In this document: in pieces, positions 26,336 to 39,509 of the stretch
How the letters are laid out: every line of letters starts with the position of its first letter
Position numbering within the stretch: position 1 is the stretch's first letter
Assembly (NCBI GenBank): GCA_964057225.1
Contig: OZ059894.1
Span: 5,952,001-6,016,000 of the forward strand
Direction: 5' to 3'
Source of the DNA: Auanema rhodensis
Taxonomy: Eukaryota > Animalia > Nematoda
DNA: 64,000 nt
Made by a program: the position numbers and the translations under genes
Notes under the pieces: model-generated
Seen by the model: the letters and a program-made list of their open reading frames with translations, nothing else
Told to the model about the DNA's origin: nothing
Database searches by the model: none

Positions 26336-27315
26336 TTTGTTCATATTAGCTTCTGAAGCATATAGTCATTTGAAAAAAAACTAAATTAACACTGCACTTA
26401 TAGACCCTTGATGAAGAGAATTCAGTTTAAGGCTTTAATCCATCTCTAGATGGTTCATAAAGTATTTTATTCAGATAGAAAACAGGTCATTGTGTACATA
26501 ATTTTGTCCGATATTGCCATATCGTGATTTGTGATTGTCACTCTAACACGAACTCAACCAAATAGTGTTACGGGTACCTCTAAGTCAGTTAGATTAGTAT
26601 GCTTTCAAGTTGGACCATACACAGTTTTGTGTGTAGTCAATAAACATTTTACTCATTACTTAATTCGAATTTTCTTTTTAAGAAATTACTTATTGTCAAA
26701 CTATAAATAAATTTTCTCCTTTCTTCATTGTTTTTAATTACAAGAAAATCGTAATATAACATATACAAAACCGTTTTATTCTTGAAATTCGACATATTGG
26801 AGCTCGTGGATATCAGATGTGACTTCTGAAAAGAACAACGTATCCGTATGTCTGCAAAATCAAAAATAACTACAAAAGTCTAGTAACTACTTTGAAATAT
26901 AATTTTTTTTATATTCAAAATATTAGCTACGGTTATTAGCTCTATTTGTTTTGTCATTCAGAAGGGTTTTTCGAAGATTTTTCTTATTTCGAAAATATTG
27001 ATGTGTTCCTCTATATTTTCATGATACTGTAGGAACATGTACGCAAATACACAATGTGTTGCGACTTCCAATTGTGCATAGCATAAAACATAGAAAATCT
27101 TCATATTTCTTTCTTTGATAAAATTTGTTTAATTTTATACTAAACCAGCTTGAAAAACATGCCAAATACATACCATTATATAAGAAAAAGAACTTATTTT
27201 TCCTTTCATATTCATTTCATTGCTATTTTTTAGCTACGCAAAATAATTTATCATTATTCTATTGGTACTGTTGTTCATATTATTTCAATTCATATAGATT
27301 AAAGTTTAATTTAGA

Positions 27316-27746
27316 ATGACTTTATTAACCAACAGCGATTACTTGATTGCTCTTGGAAATTTATATATGGAATCACGCATTGGAGGCTCTAAAAGCGTGT
27401 ATGTCACTATGAAGCCTTGTAAGTTAAGAAATATTCCGGATTATAACACATGCTTTCTATAGATGATGGTAGAACTAAAGCTGTTCCAAAAGGAACTCCT
27501 CTTCAACCTGACACTGTTCAATGCTTGTTCAGAGCGAAATTAGGAAATAAAAAAATCAGTACTGTTGTATGTTTTAAACTTTATTGTTTGCAGCATGTCA
27601 GGGAAAACGTATATTATATTTTTCAGGTTGCTGCTAAGGACGTCAATAAGTTCCACCAAGATTATGTAGGAGTTCTTCGAGCTAACTTGACAAACTTGGA
27701 AAAAAGAAAAAAAGATGATGAAAAAAAGACTAAAGCCAAAGCTTAA
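27316..27746 (+). CDS. SRP14: Signal recognition particle 14 kDa protein, 3 exons
   Basis: Exons 27316-27418, 27463-27566 and 27627-27746 give MTLLTNSDYLIALGNLY...SVYVTMKPYDGRTKAVPK...CLFRAKLGNKKISTVVAAKDVNKFHQDY...LRANLTNLEKRKK, with classic SRP14 motifs. A TTTAG acceptor lies 1 nt before the ATG. Confidence 0.93.
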
Positions 27747-28281
27747 TTGCCCATTATTTGTTTTGCTTAGTCCAAATTATGCAGAGAAGAAGCCGTTTGT
27801 TATTTTTCTTAGTATCATGGATTACTAATGCGAGCTTACTTTTCTAATTACTGGATATAGGGTGGTTACTTGTTTCAGAAAAGGTTTTGATGTAAATTAA
27901 TTTATGAATTTATCTCCATTTAAAAATTTGAAAAAGCAGGCACATCTCAGGATGTTTGAGTGAGTACTTCCTTTAATTTATTTGACTTCTCCCTCTTACT
28001 TGAAAAGAGAATGTAATATTATGTTTTTTCATTGTTGATCGTTAAAATCTTTGTATTTTCTTTTTTTTCATTACTTTTATAAAAAAAGAATTCTCAATTA
28101 TCATGTTTTATATGACGCAATATTTGAGCGGCAGTAAATAAAAAAATTAAAACGATGTACTGAGTGCTATATTGATAACTGCAGATCACAATGTTTTGAC
28201 TGGTATGGTACAATTTTTTCGTTAAAGCTCATGGCGTTACCCAAGCATGATAGAGAAGTAAATAAACTAAATAGTTCCATA

Positions 28282-30534
28282 TTAAGCAACAAGATATGGT
28301 GCAGATGAGAAGATGACGATTGTGGAAACTATGATAAAAACGGTGAAGACGTAGAGGCACAATCGATCTACTACCATCGCTGCAAACTTCCAATTGTTAG
28401 CTGCCTGTTCTTCCTTGTCCGATTCAACCATTCTCTTAGTGACTATCTGTAAAAAGTTAGAACAGTTATCAGTTGGTAGTATGAAAACTCACTTTTAATT
28501 CATGGTAAATCCTTTGAAGTATTAAAAGTGTTGCTTGCTGCCCTAAATCAATATTAGCAGGTACCTAAAGTAGTAAACTAAATTCATTTTCTGTTCAATC
28601 ACTCACTTGACTGTTTGGAGAGCCAAGTGTAGATGAAGAAAATCCGTTTGTGAGAGCCGTTGCGGTCATGTAATGATGAAGTCGCCGTTCTACATCCAAG
28701 GAATTGGATCTAAATTATCGAAAGATGCTGAGCAAAGATCATAGGCTTCCTACCGGCTTGAACTAGATTCATTTTCCTTTATATTCCTAATAAGAGATTC
28801 TGAATGACGTTTTGGCTTTGTACAAAAGATGGATGGCAGGTTAGCATAACATAAAGTGACGCCAGGACGTTCCATTCGCAACATCCATGGGAACCAGAAT
28901 AACAACAGAGATCGAGTCTGAAAAATATGAATAATGATATAAAACGATTTTTCTCCTTAGAATGATTTGAAATAGAAGTCCTTACTAGAGGGCTCATCTC
29001 ATGAGTTTCGGGAGTACGGTAGTGAAGATTGAGAACATAAACAGTGAATACTGTAGAAGCTGTCACCACGATCATGCAACAAGTGAAAAAGATACCTGCA
29101 TTTTTGGAATTTGTTTGACTTTCAACTATTATACTGTGATTGTAAAAACAAAATTTTCAAAAGTTTTGTTGAAATTTTTGAGAAACAATGAGCCTTGAAT
29201 ATTTTTGTATTATTTTTTTTTTCAAAATTTTGAAGTATTTGGAGATGTAACAGAGAATTTGAACAAACCCAGCAAAGGAACTGCTTCTGATGTTGGTGGA
29301 GACATATCGGAAACAATTGAGAGAAAGAAACAAATGGAAAGTAAAACAGTAATTTCTAAATTTTGAGAATTCGTATTATCATCTTACTGTGAATAACTTA
29401 CGAAGAGTAATTTTTTCTCCGGCATCCGGCGGCAATGTAAAACCCAGTAAAGTCATTAAAGTTGTTAAAATACATGGCATGATTAAATTGAAACCTGATT
29501 TATGTGAATAAAGATGAATAATATTTTCATTTAATACCATAATAAAGCGTTCTTCTTCGCATATGGAGATAGAATGTAAGATCTGGATAAGGTTCAGGAC
29601 AACAATCATAAAATTTAACGCTACGAGATACGCTTGTCACTGAAAATATTCAAATTTTTATAGGGACTTGAAGATTATACATACTCGGTAATGCCCATTC
29701 ACCGTTTGGTAAATATTCTGATATATCAAATCCACCTTTGGCAGGTCTTAAATCTAATTTGTTACCATCATAAGTCCATGAGCCAAACTAAAATTTAAAT
29801 TGAAAAGTTGTAATTTTTTTTAAAGATAAGCTCACTTTGAAGAAACATTTTTGTTCATCGAATGGGAACCATTGGATGTCAATTTTACAGGAAATTTTGA
29901 AAATTCCAGGTGGAATCCAGTGAACATCGCCTGTGTTGTATACTACCATATTAGTTGGATAGGTAGAGTCGAAGTTGGTATCAACGCTAAAAATTAGCTG
30001 TTAATATTTCTGATTGATTGAGCATTAAAATACCTATTATAGAGTAATACATCAGGTTTCCATGTTTTTCCTGCTGGAAATCGGACATCTGTAATATTAC
30101 CATACTCTGCTGTGTCCCAAACTAACTTATAATCATTCCAAGTCTGAAACAGTTAACAGTGAATATGAAAAAAAAACTAAAATTCTCACATAATCTAACC
30201 AAGCGTTGATGTAAACCACTTGATTTTTTTCATCAACATCAATTATTTGCTGAAGTGAAACCTAAAGAAATTATTCAGAATCTAAAAGTAAATCTTGAAA
30301 GATACTTTGAGATATACAACCACAGGCTGAGAATGATTAGCAACTGGTCTTTCCAGATTATTATAATCTCTCATAAGATCCTGAAACAACATAAACAATA
30401 TAACTAATATTAAGTCATGTTTCAAAGGTATATGGTTTTTAAATATAAGTACAAACCTCATAAAGTCGTCGCTCATGATAAGATGAGAATGTTCCATTGA
30501 ATGATGAAACACATAATAGAAGAAAGAGCAACAT
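28282..30534 (-). CDS. acr-16: Nicotinic acetylcholine receptor alpha subunit ACR-16 (alpha7-like)
   Basis: The spliced product contains [35 protein letters not shown], the Cys loop [15 protein letters not shown], vicinal [30 protein letters not shown] and the C-terminus SAPYLVA*. It is near-identical to recalled C. elegans ACR-16. Confidence 0.93.
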
Positions 30535-33500
30535 ATCATCGTCGGATCAGTTCATATACTGTTAAAAGGTAAAGGTAAAGGTTTTTCATAATAAGAAAAA
30601 CACGGAAATGAGAAAAATGGTAACGAATACGTGATGGAAATACCACAAAAGGAATATTCGTTGGTAGACTGCCAATTCAAGCCCTTCCAAAAGCAAAGAC
30701 AACGATGAAAACAAAATGAATAGAGAGAGAAAGAAAGAGAGAGAGAGAAAGATCAAGAAGTGGATAGGGAGAGACATAGCACACCAACAAGTAGGAGTAG
30801 AGAAGTAAGACAGATAGAGAGAGTACTGCGAGTAAAGAGAAGGTAATAAAGAGAAGAGTAGTGAAGAGGAAATAGAGGATAGAAAACGGAATAGTGTGCC
30901 AAAAATATTTAAGAAGGTTAAAATAGAAGAAGACAATTAATTTTATTCATAAAAATTAATATTTTTAAAGTTTTTTCTTTTAACGAGATGAACATTAGGG
31001 ATGGTAACATTTTTTTCCTCTTTAGTTCATCACCAAAAGATTTATAAATCTTCAAAACAGATTACACATCTAGTATGAGGATATAAAACTTAAATATGGT
31101 TGTTTAAAAGCGTTAAAATGAGTTTTTTAGGAAGAGAAATCGAATATAAAATGATAGAAAAACAGAACATTTCCCAAGACGTGGCTGTAGCACAAAAAAA
31201 GTGGCGAAAGAGATTCAATATGATTTATTTTTGAAAAAAATTGAATCAATAGGATAGATAGATAAGTGAGTCGAGGATTAGATTTGGCAAAAAATTTTTT
31301 CCCACTTAATATCAGAATTTCTTTTTTTGATATTGGACATTGATTATAATTCAAGAAGAATAGATCGGATTTTAATCAAAACTTTTGTTTGTGCTTAAGT
31401 GATAAAAACCTGGTGAATTGGCGACAGGGATGCATACAAGTCATTTATCACGTTCTGCTATTACAACCGATACTAGGCCATCTTCTCTCTAGAACGGAAG
31501 TAGCTCCAGAAAAACAGGTTGAATGTGCAATGAGCCAACCAAATTTAAAGATTTAATATGTAATAATATAGTTCAATCTGTTCTAAAGTACATTAGAATT
31601 GTATAGCAAATAGTTGATTGAATATCTCAGTTTAAACTGATTCAAGTAAGATGATAAAAATGTCCGTCTCCCTAATTTAAAAAAAAAGGATTTATATACA
31701 CATACATGAATAAGTATATATATATATATATACAAAGAGAGAGAGAAAGAGAGAGAGAGAAAGAAGGAATACGAGACGTGTCTTAAGCTTGCTCTTCTGT
31801 CGTGCATGTTCCCCTACTTTAGCATCAGACTCATCGTTGTTGTCTTCATCAAAGTCTACTTTTTCTTTTCTTCTTTTCTTTTCATTGGTTGAAATATACG
31901 TTAAGCATTGAGTATGTAGTTTTCTTAGAAGTAGTCGAGTTTCTGGACCTTATAACATTGTCAAAACAGAAGTGGAAACTTGAGGTTGAGTTTGAAACAA
32001 TGACAAGATTGTGTAAAAGAAAAATGACGACGAAGATCCTACTTCCTTTAAATTATTTTCATTAAATGTTTGGAAAAGTACAACAAGGCTTATTTACTAA
32101 AATTTTTTAACAAAGTGCTTAACAAGTGTTTTTTTTTTGTGGAAAAAACGCGAAGAGCACAATTTAAAAAAGATTAAATATATACATTAGTTAGACTTTC
32201 ATCAAGCGGTCATTTAACCAAATATGGAAACAGGAAAGAACCTCTATTTGTAATATTCGTGTCACAAAGAGTTTTTAAGCTGAGATAAGGCTAAAAATAT
32301 AAAAAGTTGCTCTTCCTTTCAGTTTATGCTCCCTGAGGGATAAGATAAGAATTGTTAGAAACACTAAATGTTCCTTTTTTCTTTGAGGATCTAGGTTAAG
32401 CTCTTTTTATAGGTATGCATATAATTTGAAGTTCATGAAAGCACATCCTAAGAGGATAATCTTAGAATTTAAACAAACAAATGAAGATAAGAACAATTTC
32501 TGATTCTCATTTCAAACTGTGTTCTTCCTCAGAAAGATCTTTTAGATTGATTGCTCAAAGATTGAAGAGCAATTCAGTGGAGAATCAATGAAAAGTCTTC
32601 AAAGAAATGCCCGTCAGAAAGTAATGATTAAATAAAAATTATGACAAAGTTCTAATGAATAACGTGTTTTACCTATAACTAACGGTTCATTTGGAAGAGA
32701 GAATAGAATAGTTATATATACGAAATGAGAAGCTATACGTTCCACTCATCAAAGTACTTTCTCATATATATACATATTTAAATATAGATAATTAATTTTT
32801 TATTCAAAGACTTTTCATGTACTCAAATTGTTCAAAAAAAATGAATTTTAGTAATATTCAAGTGAAAACTAAGGAAAAGACTAAAAGTTTCTCAGCCATG
32901 TGAGAACTTCAACTACTCAAGAGGTCACACACAGAAGTTGCAAAGCCGGCTGTGTGATAATTCTGTGAAAACTTCAGTTTATGGAAATAAGCATGAGCTT
33001 GCTAAATACTACAAACAGATGAAAGCCTGAAAGAAGAGGAATAGTTATTGGAATCTGCAAAAGACTTCCAGAAGTTTATCTTTCTCTCAAGTTGACTTTT
33101 GTGAGGAAAAGGATATAATATAATCAACTTCTCATTTTCATGTTAGCTTGGGCAAAATTTACAAAAATTTTGGAAATAAAAACGTTAAAAAGGCAAATAA
33201 ATAGAGATTAATGATAGGATCATCATGATGGCACTACATGAACTCCGTTAAATCAGGAGAGTAAGGCAATGTTGTAACAACCAAAAGTCGTGGAGGATGA
33301 CGCAAAAAGATGGAAATAAATGAGTATAAATATTTTTTATCCTCTAAATTACTATTTTCTTTTTTGACATCAATCTGAGATCGTGAACTAATCTCTTCTG
33401 ACAAATGACCGCAGGTTTGAATAGTTGTGTCGTACGTAGATAACACTCTGAGTTAAGCTTCTGTGGATTAACAAAATGAAGAGGATGAGATGCAGAAAAA

Positions 33501-33938
33501 ATTACAAAACATGAAAACATGACGTAAAATTATGTTCCATTAATTATATCATATAAGCTATACAAATAGAGAGAACAATAGTAAATGTTATGGTGTTCCT
33601 TGAAGATGATTGAACGAAGAGGTGAGGTCCAAGGAACAATTGTTATAATGACTGGAAGTGCATCCACGTATCCGATTCCATGTTAGCTACCTGTTGTAAA
33701 AATTATGAAGAGAACAGATGATATCATCCAATGTAAGGATGAGATTGGAGTTATAACTTGAAGTTAAATACTAGAACTACGGTAAGAGTGTCACTACTTG
33801 AAAACTGTTTATTGGGATTATTATTATTATTTTTAAGAGTTTGCTTTGTAGTTATCTTGAAGAATTGTTTCGTGAGATTGAGGAAATAGCCGTTGTGTTA
33901 TATAGTAGCATTAATGTCCGAATAGTAAAGAAATCAGG

Positions 33939-33939
<1 letters not shown>

Positions 33940-34006
<67 letters not shown>
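33940..34006. repeat. Long (AG)n microsatellite
   Basis: About 30 AG units. It explains the RERERE and SLSLSL ORFs. Confidence 0.95.
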
Positions 34007-34013
<7 letters not shown>

Positions 34014-35292
34014 CAATCTAATTGCCATAAATGGAACTCTGGGTTTTAAAAAAAAGCTTACTGAAGAAGAACTAATTAAGCAGGTTAAGACTAACGACCA
34101 CGACCACCGGTTGAGGAATTGATGCTGATGACTGGCTTCTGCTGAATCCAATCATTTCTCGTTAAACATCGACGAATTTCGTAGAACAATTTGTTAGATG
34201 AAATGGAGTCGGATAGTAGAATGAATAGTTCAGAAGGAGGAAGAAGAAACAGGAAAAGAGAAAAAGAAGATATAGAGAATACAAGAGAGAAAGAGGGCAA
34301 TATAGGTTAGAGAAAGAAGAGAAGAAGAAACTCTGAAGTTGAAGTATGAAGACATAGATGAATTGGATAGGAAACTGAAGGTAATCGCCTGTCTGATGTA
34401 GCTTCAATAGACAACTTCATTCGTTTTTCCAATAGAAACGGAAATGAAGCAGACAATACTCTCAGATAGCGTACATTAGGGAAATATACCATTTGTTTCT
34501 CGTAAAATTATTTTTTTTTACGTTTGAATCATGTAAGCTTATTCCATATTTCAAAACCGAAACACAAAAAACAGAAGAAAATTTAAATTTTTTTTCTGTA
34601 TAATCTCCGTATGTGAAATGATTTTCTGGAGAAAGAAAAAAGCTGTGACGAACACAGTGTCTACGACCACAACTACTTCCTCTCCGTGGGAACTACCTAA
34701 AGTGAAACGTCAACGATATGTTTGAACAGGATTTTCGAGTAATATCCTTAGATTGCTAATCCATGTATCCAAACTTGGAGGACATTTTCCCGTACCTGAA
34801 TCTGACCTACACACGCAACTCATATTTCTCATGAAAAGTCATAAGTCAAAATGAAGTTTCTAAAGGTCAAAGATGTTAGAAATGGCACAAAAAATAGAAA
34901 TATATCCATGTAGTTCAGAAAATTAAAAAGAATTATGAAAATAATAAGAAAAGCTTTTTTGAATTAATTTTTAGATTTGGTTTTCAAAAACAATTTTTCA
35001 ATTCACCCAGGAACATTGTGTGAACATGATCACTAATATTGAAAAAAAAAACATATAAATTCAGAAAAAAAATGGATCATGATGGATTTAAGATGGACAC
35101 TAATTTTGCCTAAGGATATTGGTGAAAATGATGCTGTTTGCAGAACCATTTTAAGTCAATGAACTGCTTTGAGCAAAGTAGATGGACAAGTCTTAGATGA
35201 ATGACCGAATTTCGAAGACGGCTAATCCGATTGCTATATCTTCTGGAGAACAAGGGAGATCCTAGAAAAAAAACAAAGAAAATGTGAAAAGG

Positions 35293-35318
35293 AGAGAGAA
35301 AGAGAGGGAGAGAAAGAG

Positions 35319-35389
<71 letters not shown>
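35293..35389. repeat. Imperfect (AG)n microsatellite
   Basis: Seen directly. Confidence 0.95.
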
Positions 35390-37197
35390 AAGCGTGTCAT
35401 ATGAAATAGAGGTATGTGAATGGTAAGTTGAATAAAACATGTGCATAGGAGAGATTGAGAGAGAAAAGACTATATTCTAAGAAATTTTGAAAACGAGCCA
35501 TTCTAGGAAAAGATCCAAAAAAATTAAAATCTCAAGATAAGGATCGGAAATAGGCAAATACGAAGTTATCTAGTTACAGTTTAACATTACAAAAAAGGAC
35601 AACAGATGAACATACAAAAGTCTAAATTTCAACAAATATTCAGTGAAATGATAGTTCCTAACATTTGTTCATATAATTAAGGATTTAATAGACAAATAAT
35701 GACTATAGTTGTCGTAAACTAATGCAAAATTGTACCGAAAATGACAATTTATTAAGTGTTCTAAGGAGAGCAAACTATTTCGAGCGTTGAAAAAAAAGCA
35801 AAAGAACTTAATAGCTCATTAAGTCCATGAATTTAAAAATGTTCACCAAAATTCTTTCTGAAAAGAATGTAAGTGTAATGATAACACATGTAAAAGTGTC
35901 TCAAAGTGGTTTGAAAAGCTTTAAAGACATCAAAAAGAATTAGGAAAATCATTTAAGAGAAAGTGAAACAGCTGTTGATTATTGTCTTTCTATTCATTCT
36001 GACATAAAGCTGCTGTGGTATATGTCAGATTTGTGTCATCGTTATCCCCTTCTCTAAAAAGTAATTACAACAATAACTTATCTTATGAATGTAATTCAAT
36101 TTTAGTTACGAAAACATGAACTTTGACTTTTTTTTATCTTTATCCATATCATTGTCTCTCTTCTATTTCTCTTCTTTTTCTGCCATTTTTACTTCTGAAC
36201 GTGAAACTTGAGATGATCTGAAACATTAGGCTTAACTTCCTTCGCCTTCTATTACTTTCAGTTGTAGAAATCGACACAGTTTGTTGTAAAGACCGACTTT
36301 GACTACAAACTGATAAGCAGGTGTACCAAAGATTCAGGAAGTTCTATGTTAACAAGAAACAGTAAACGATAAATTAATTGAAAAATATTTTAAAATAATT
36401 ATATATGTATATAAATTCATTTCAATGTATTTGTAAAAAAAGACCAAAATTTAAAAAAGCTATTTCAATTTGAAATAAAACCAAATACACCCACACATGC
36501 AAATTAGTTAAAGAAGAGTCTCAAGGTTGTTTTGAAAATAAATGAATTCTATTGCTTCTTTCATCATTTTTTCCTACTTCCTAGTTCTTTCAGAAAAAAT
36601 GCAAAAATAACAACATAATTCCTACTGTACTTTTAAAGGAAATACTTTGAGTGGCGATAATCTAGATTTTCAAACAAAATAAGCGAAGACTTTGAAGTAA
36701 TAAGTAAAAAGTTCACAATTTTACTTAAAAATAATAGAAAATAGGATGTGATGAAGTTACAGCTAGTGATTGAAATAAAAGTTTTTCAAACAAAACTCAA
36801 ATGGTTCTGGAGATCAGTGAGCAAATTAGACAGAACAGTTGAAAAACTAATCAGTCATTCGATAGACAATCAATCTGCAATAACAGTCGAAATGTGTGAA
36901 ATGTTTGAAAAGCTATTGGTCATCTACACAAGCATAAGTCATCTTTCGTATTTTTAAGTTGTAGTTTATGATAAATAAATAATATTTATTACTTTTTAGC
37001 TGTAATATTGGTAAACAATCATAAAAATAAAAATTTATTTAACTTTATAAATATAAAAAAAACTTAAAACAAAAGCTTCTTTCAAGCTGATATGAGATCG
37101 TATAGTGCTAATTGATAACCAGTATTTAAATATTTTTTTTATAAAGATTCAGTATTAAAATGCTCAGGTTTGAGTTGGTAAATTAGAAGTTCAATAA

Positions 37198-39509
37198 CTA
37201 AGCTACTAAATAAGGTGCTCTGAATGTAAAAGTACACGATGTTAGCAAGAGGAGAGCAGTAAAGCACAATAATCCAAGACGATCAACGACAATGGCCGCA
37301 AATCTCCATTCAAAGGCAACTTTCTTGTCTTCTTGTGAATCATCATCATGCTCACGGATCATCTAAATATGAAAAAAGAAAATCGTTTGTTTGATCCCTT
37401 TTAGAAAGATCATAAAGAACACAAAGTTACAGTACTTTTACATGTTGATGAATTCGTTGCAAGACTCGTAGGCGTTCTGTTAGCTTTTTATCCGTACCCT
37501 GTTTACTGATATTAACCTGAAATATGAACATATTTAGCAGTATTGAAGAAAACGCAATTTACTTGATAAATAACATTCTCAAAGTTTTGTTTCATTGTGT
37601 CTCCTACCGTTTGCATAAGTTTGCATGTCCCATCCGTCTAAAAAGAATTTTATAGATGACATGAAGAGACAGGCTTCAATACATAATCAAAAGCAGTTCG
37701 GACATCTTCATGCCGATTTTTTCTTTCTTTCCAACTTTCTTTAATAGTTGTTAGGTTATTTGGTCTTTTTGGCAATTTTAGTCTTAAAAGCCAGGGAGCC
37801 CATTCAAGCAATAGATAACGCATCTAAAATATTAATAATAACTTATAAAACAAGGAATTGAAGTGAGTGCTAAATGTCTGCGAAAATGTAGAAATAATTT
37901 CAATTTATACCCAGAAACCCATTCTTTGTGTATTCTGATGATTACGAAAATGATAACTTTGCACATATACTGTGAATGATGTTGCTAGAACCGAGATTAC
38001 CATACAACTTTCAAAGAAAACTCCTGAAAACATAAATTTCTCCCCAAAATTGCAAGCGTATGCTACCGAGTAATGGAACAGCTTCAGAAGTATGTGGTGT
38101 CATTTCGTTCATAATGGTTAAAAAAATGCAAATAGCGAGTGTAACAGAGATCTGAGATTAGAATTTTAAACTATTAATTTGAAAATAACGTATGTGTATG
38201 TACCAACCTGCAGTCCAATTTTTTCGCAAGTCTCTGGGGATAATGTAAAGCCAAGTATAACCAAAATCATTACCAACAGACAAGGCATTATAAGATTAAA
38301 TGCATAATATCTTTAAAAAATTATGCTTAAAAGCAATCATCAAAAGAGAATTGACTAACAGCGTTCGGCGTCGTAAAACAAGTGTAAATTTGATATCTTC
38401 ATACTCTTCAGGACAGCATTCGTACGTTTTTATTGAAACGTTAGCTGATGAACCTGAAAAGATTTTAAAATAAAGACATTGCATTGCTTTAACATACTCA
38501 TAATCAGCCATTCTCCATTAGGCAAGAATTCAGAAAAATCAAAATCTCCCACTTTCAATTCAATTTTATCTTTGCTGAATGACCATGATCCAAACTGAAT
38601 TTTAAGCATTTATTAACAACATCTCTCATATATTATGATATTACCTTGAAGAAACAAATTTGTTCATCAAAAGGAAACCAATATATATCTAATTTACATG
38701 AAACCTGAAAATAAAAAAAAATAAAAGTTTTTAATTTTTTTTGTTTAAAAAAACAGCGGAAGCAACCGTTTTCACGTTTAATTGAACTCTAAATAGAATA
38801 TTGCGTCATTTCACGTTTGATCGCAATATGCTAATTATGTTGAACTCATTTAAAAAATATTCCGAAATAATTAGAATATGATGTGTTTTAATTGAACTTT
38901 AATGAATTGTTCATGTAATTATATAATAACTATTATTTCGAAAGTTATTTTTCATTAACTATATTTTATATATATTATACGTTCATCAAACCTTAAATAT
39001 TCCAGGTGGAAGCCAATTAACTGTACCGTCAGCATAGTTAACTAGATTAACTTTATAAGTTGAATCAAAAGCTGGATCAACACTAAACTATTTTAAAATT
39101 TAAATTCAAATTTTCTTATATGAACCTATTGTATAACAGTATATCCGGTTGCCACAACGTTCCAGATGGATGACGTAAATCAGTCACATTATCGTATGCC
39201 AATGGCTCCCAACGTAGATTTTCATCACGCCAAGAAAATTTGAGCCAAGCCGATACTTCAAGTTGTTCCTCCTTTTCATTCTATAACAAACATCTATCAT
39301 TTCATTTTCATAATACATTAGATTACCAGATTGATTATTTGTTGTAAAGAAATACCTAATGTAACTATAACAGGCTTTGAGCTATCAAGAACGGGACGTT
39401 CTTCAGTAACATATCCCACCATCAAATCTTTAATTAATCGTAGCTCAGGCGGCGAAGTTTGGCATTGATGTAGATTGCGAAGAAATAGAATTATTAATAT
39501 GAAAATCAT
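37198..39509 (-). CDS. acr-15: Nicotinic acetylcholine receptor alpha subunit ACR-15
   Basis: TTTTCAG|ATG at 39509. The product contains SPPELRLIKDLMVGYVTEERPVLDSSKPV, EKEEQLEVSAWL, the Cys loop CKLDIYWFPFDEQIC, YECCPEEY, SPETCEKIGLQISV and the C-terminus RAPYLVA*. It matches recalled C. elegans ACR-15. Confidence 0.9.

Noticed and set aside
24000-27746. Operon of bZIP, coiled-coil gene and SRP14
   Set aside because: The gaps are ~1 kb rather than ~100 bp, and the middle gene has its own promoter-like element.
32330-34692. UNC-3/COE-like sites upstream of acr-16 (TCCCTGAGGGA at ~32330; TCCCACGGAG on the minus strand at ~34682)
   Set aside because: Imperfect matches to TCCCNNGGGA that cannot be told from chance without conservation data.
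33841-35446. ORFs with RERERE or SLSLSL runs (also 3289-3495 and 7914-8230)
   Set aside because: They are translations of (AG)n microsatellites.
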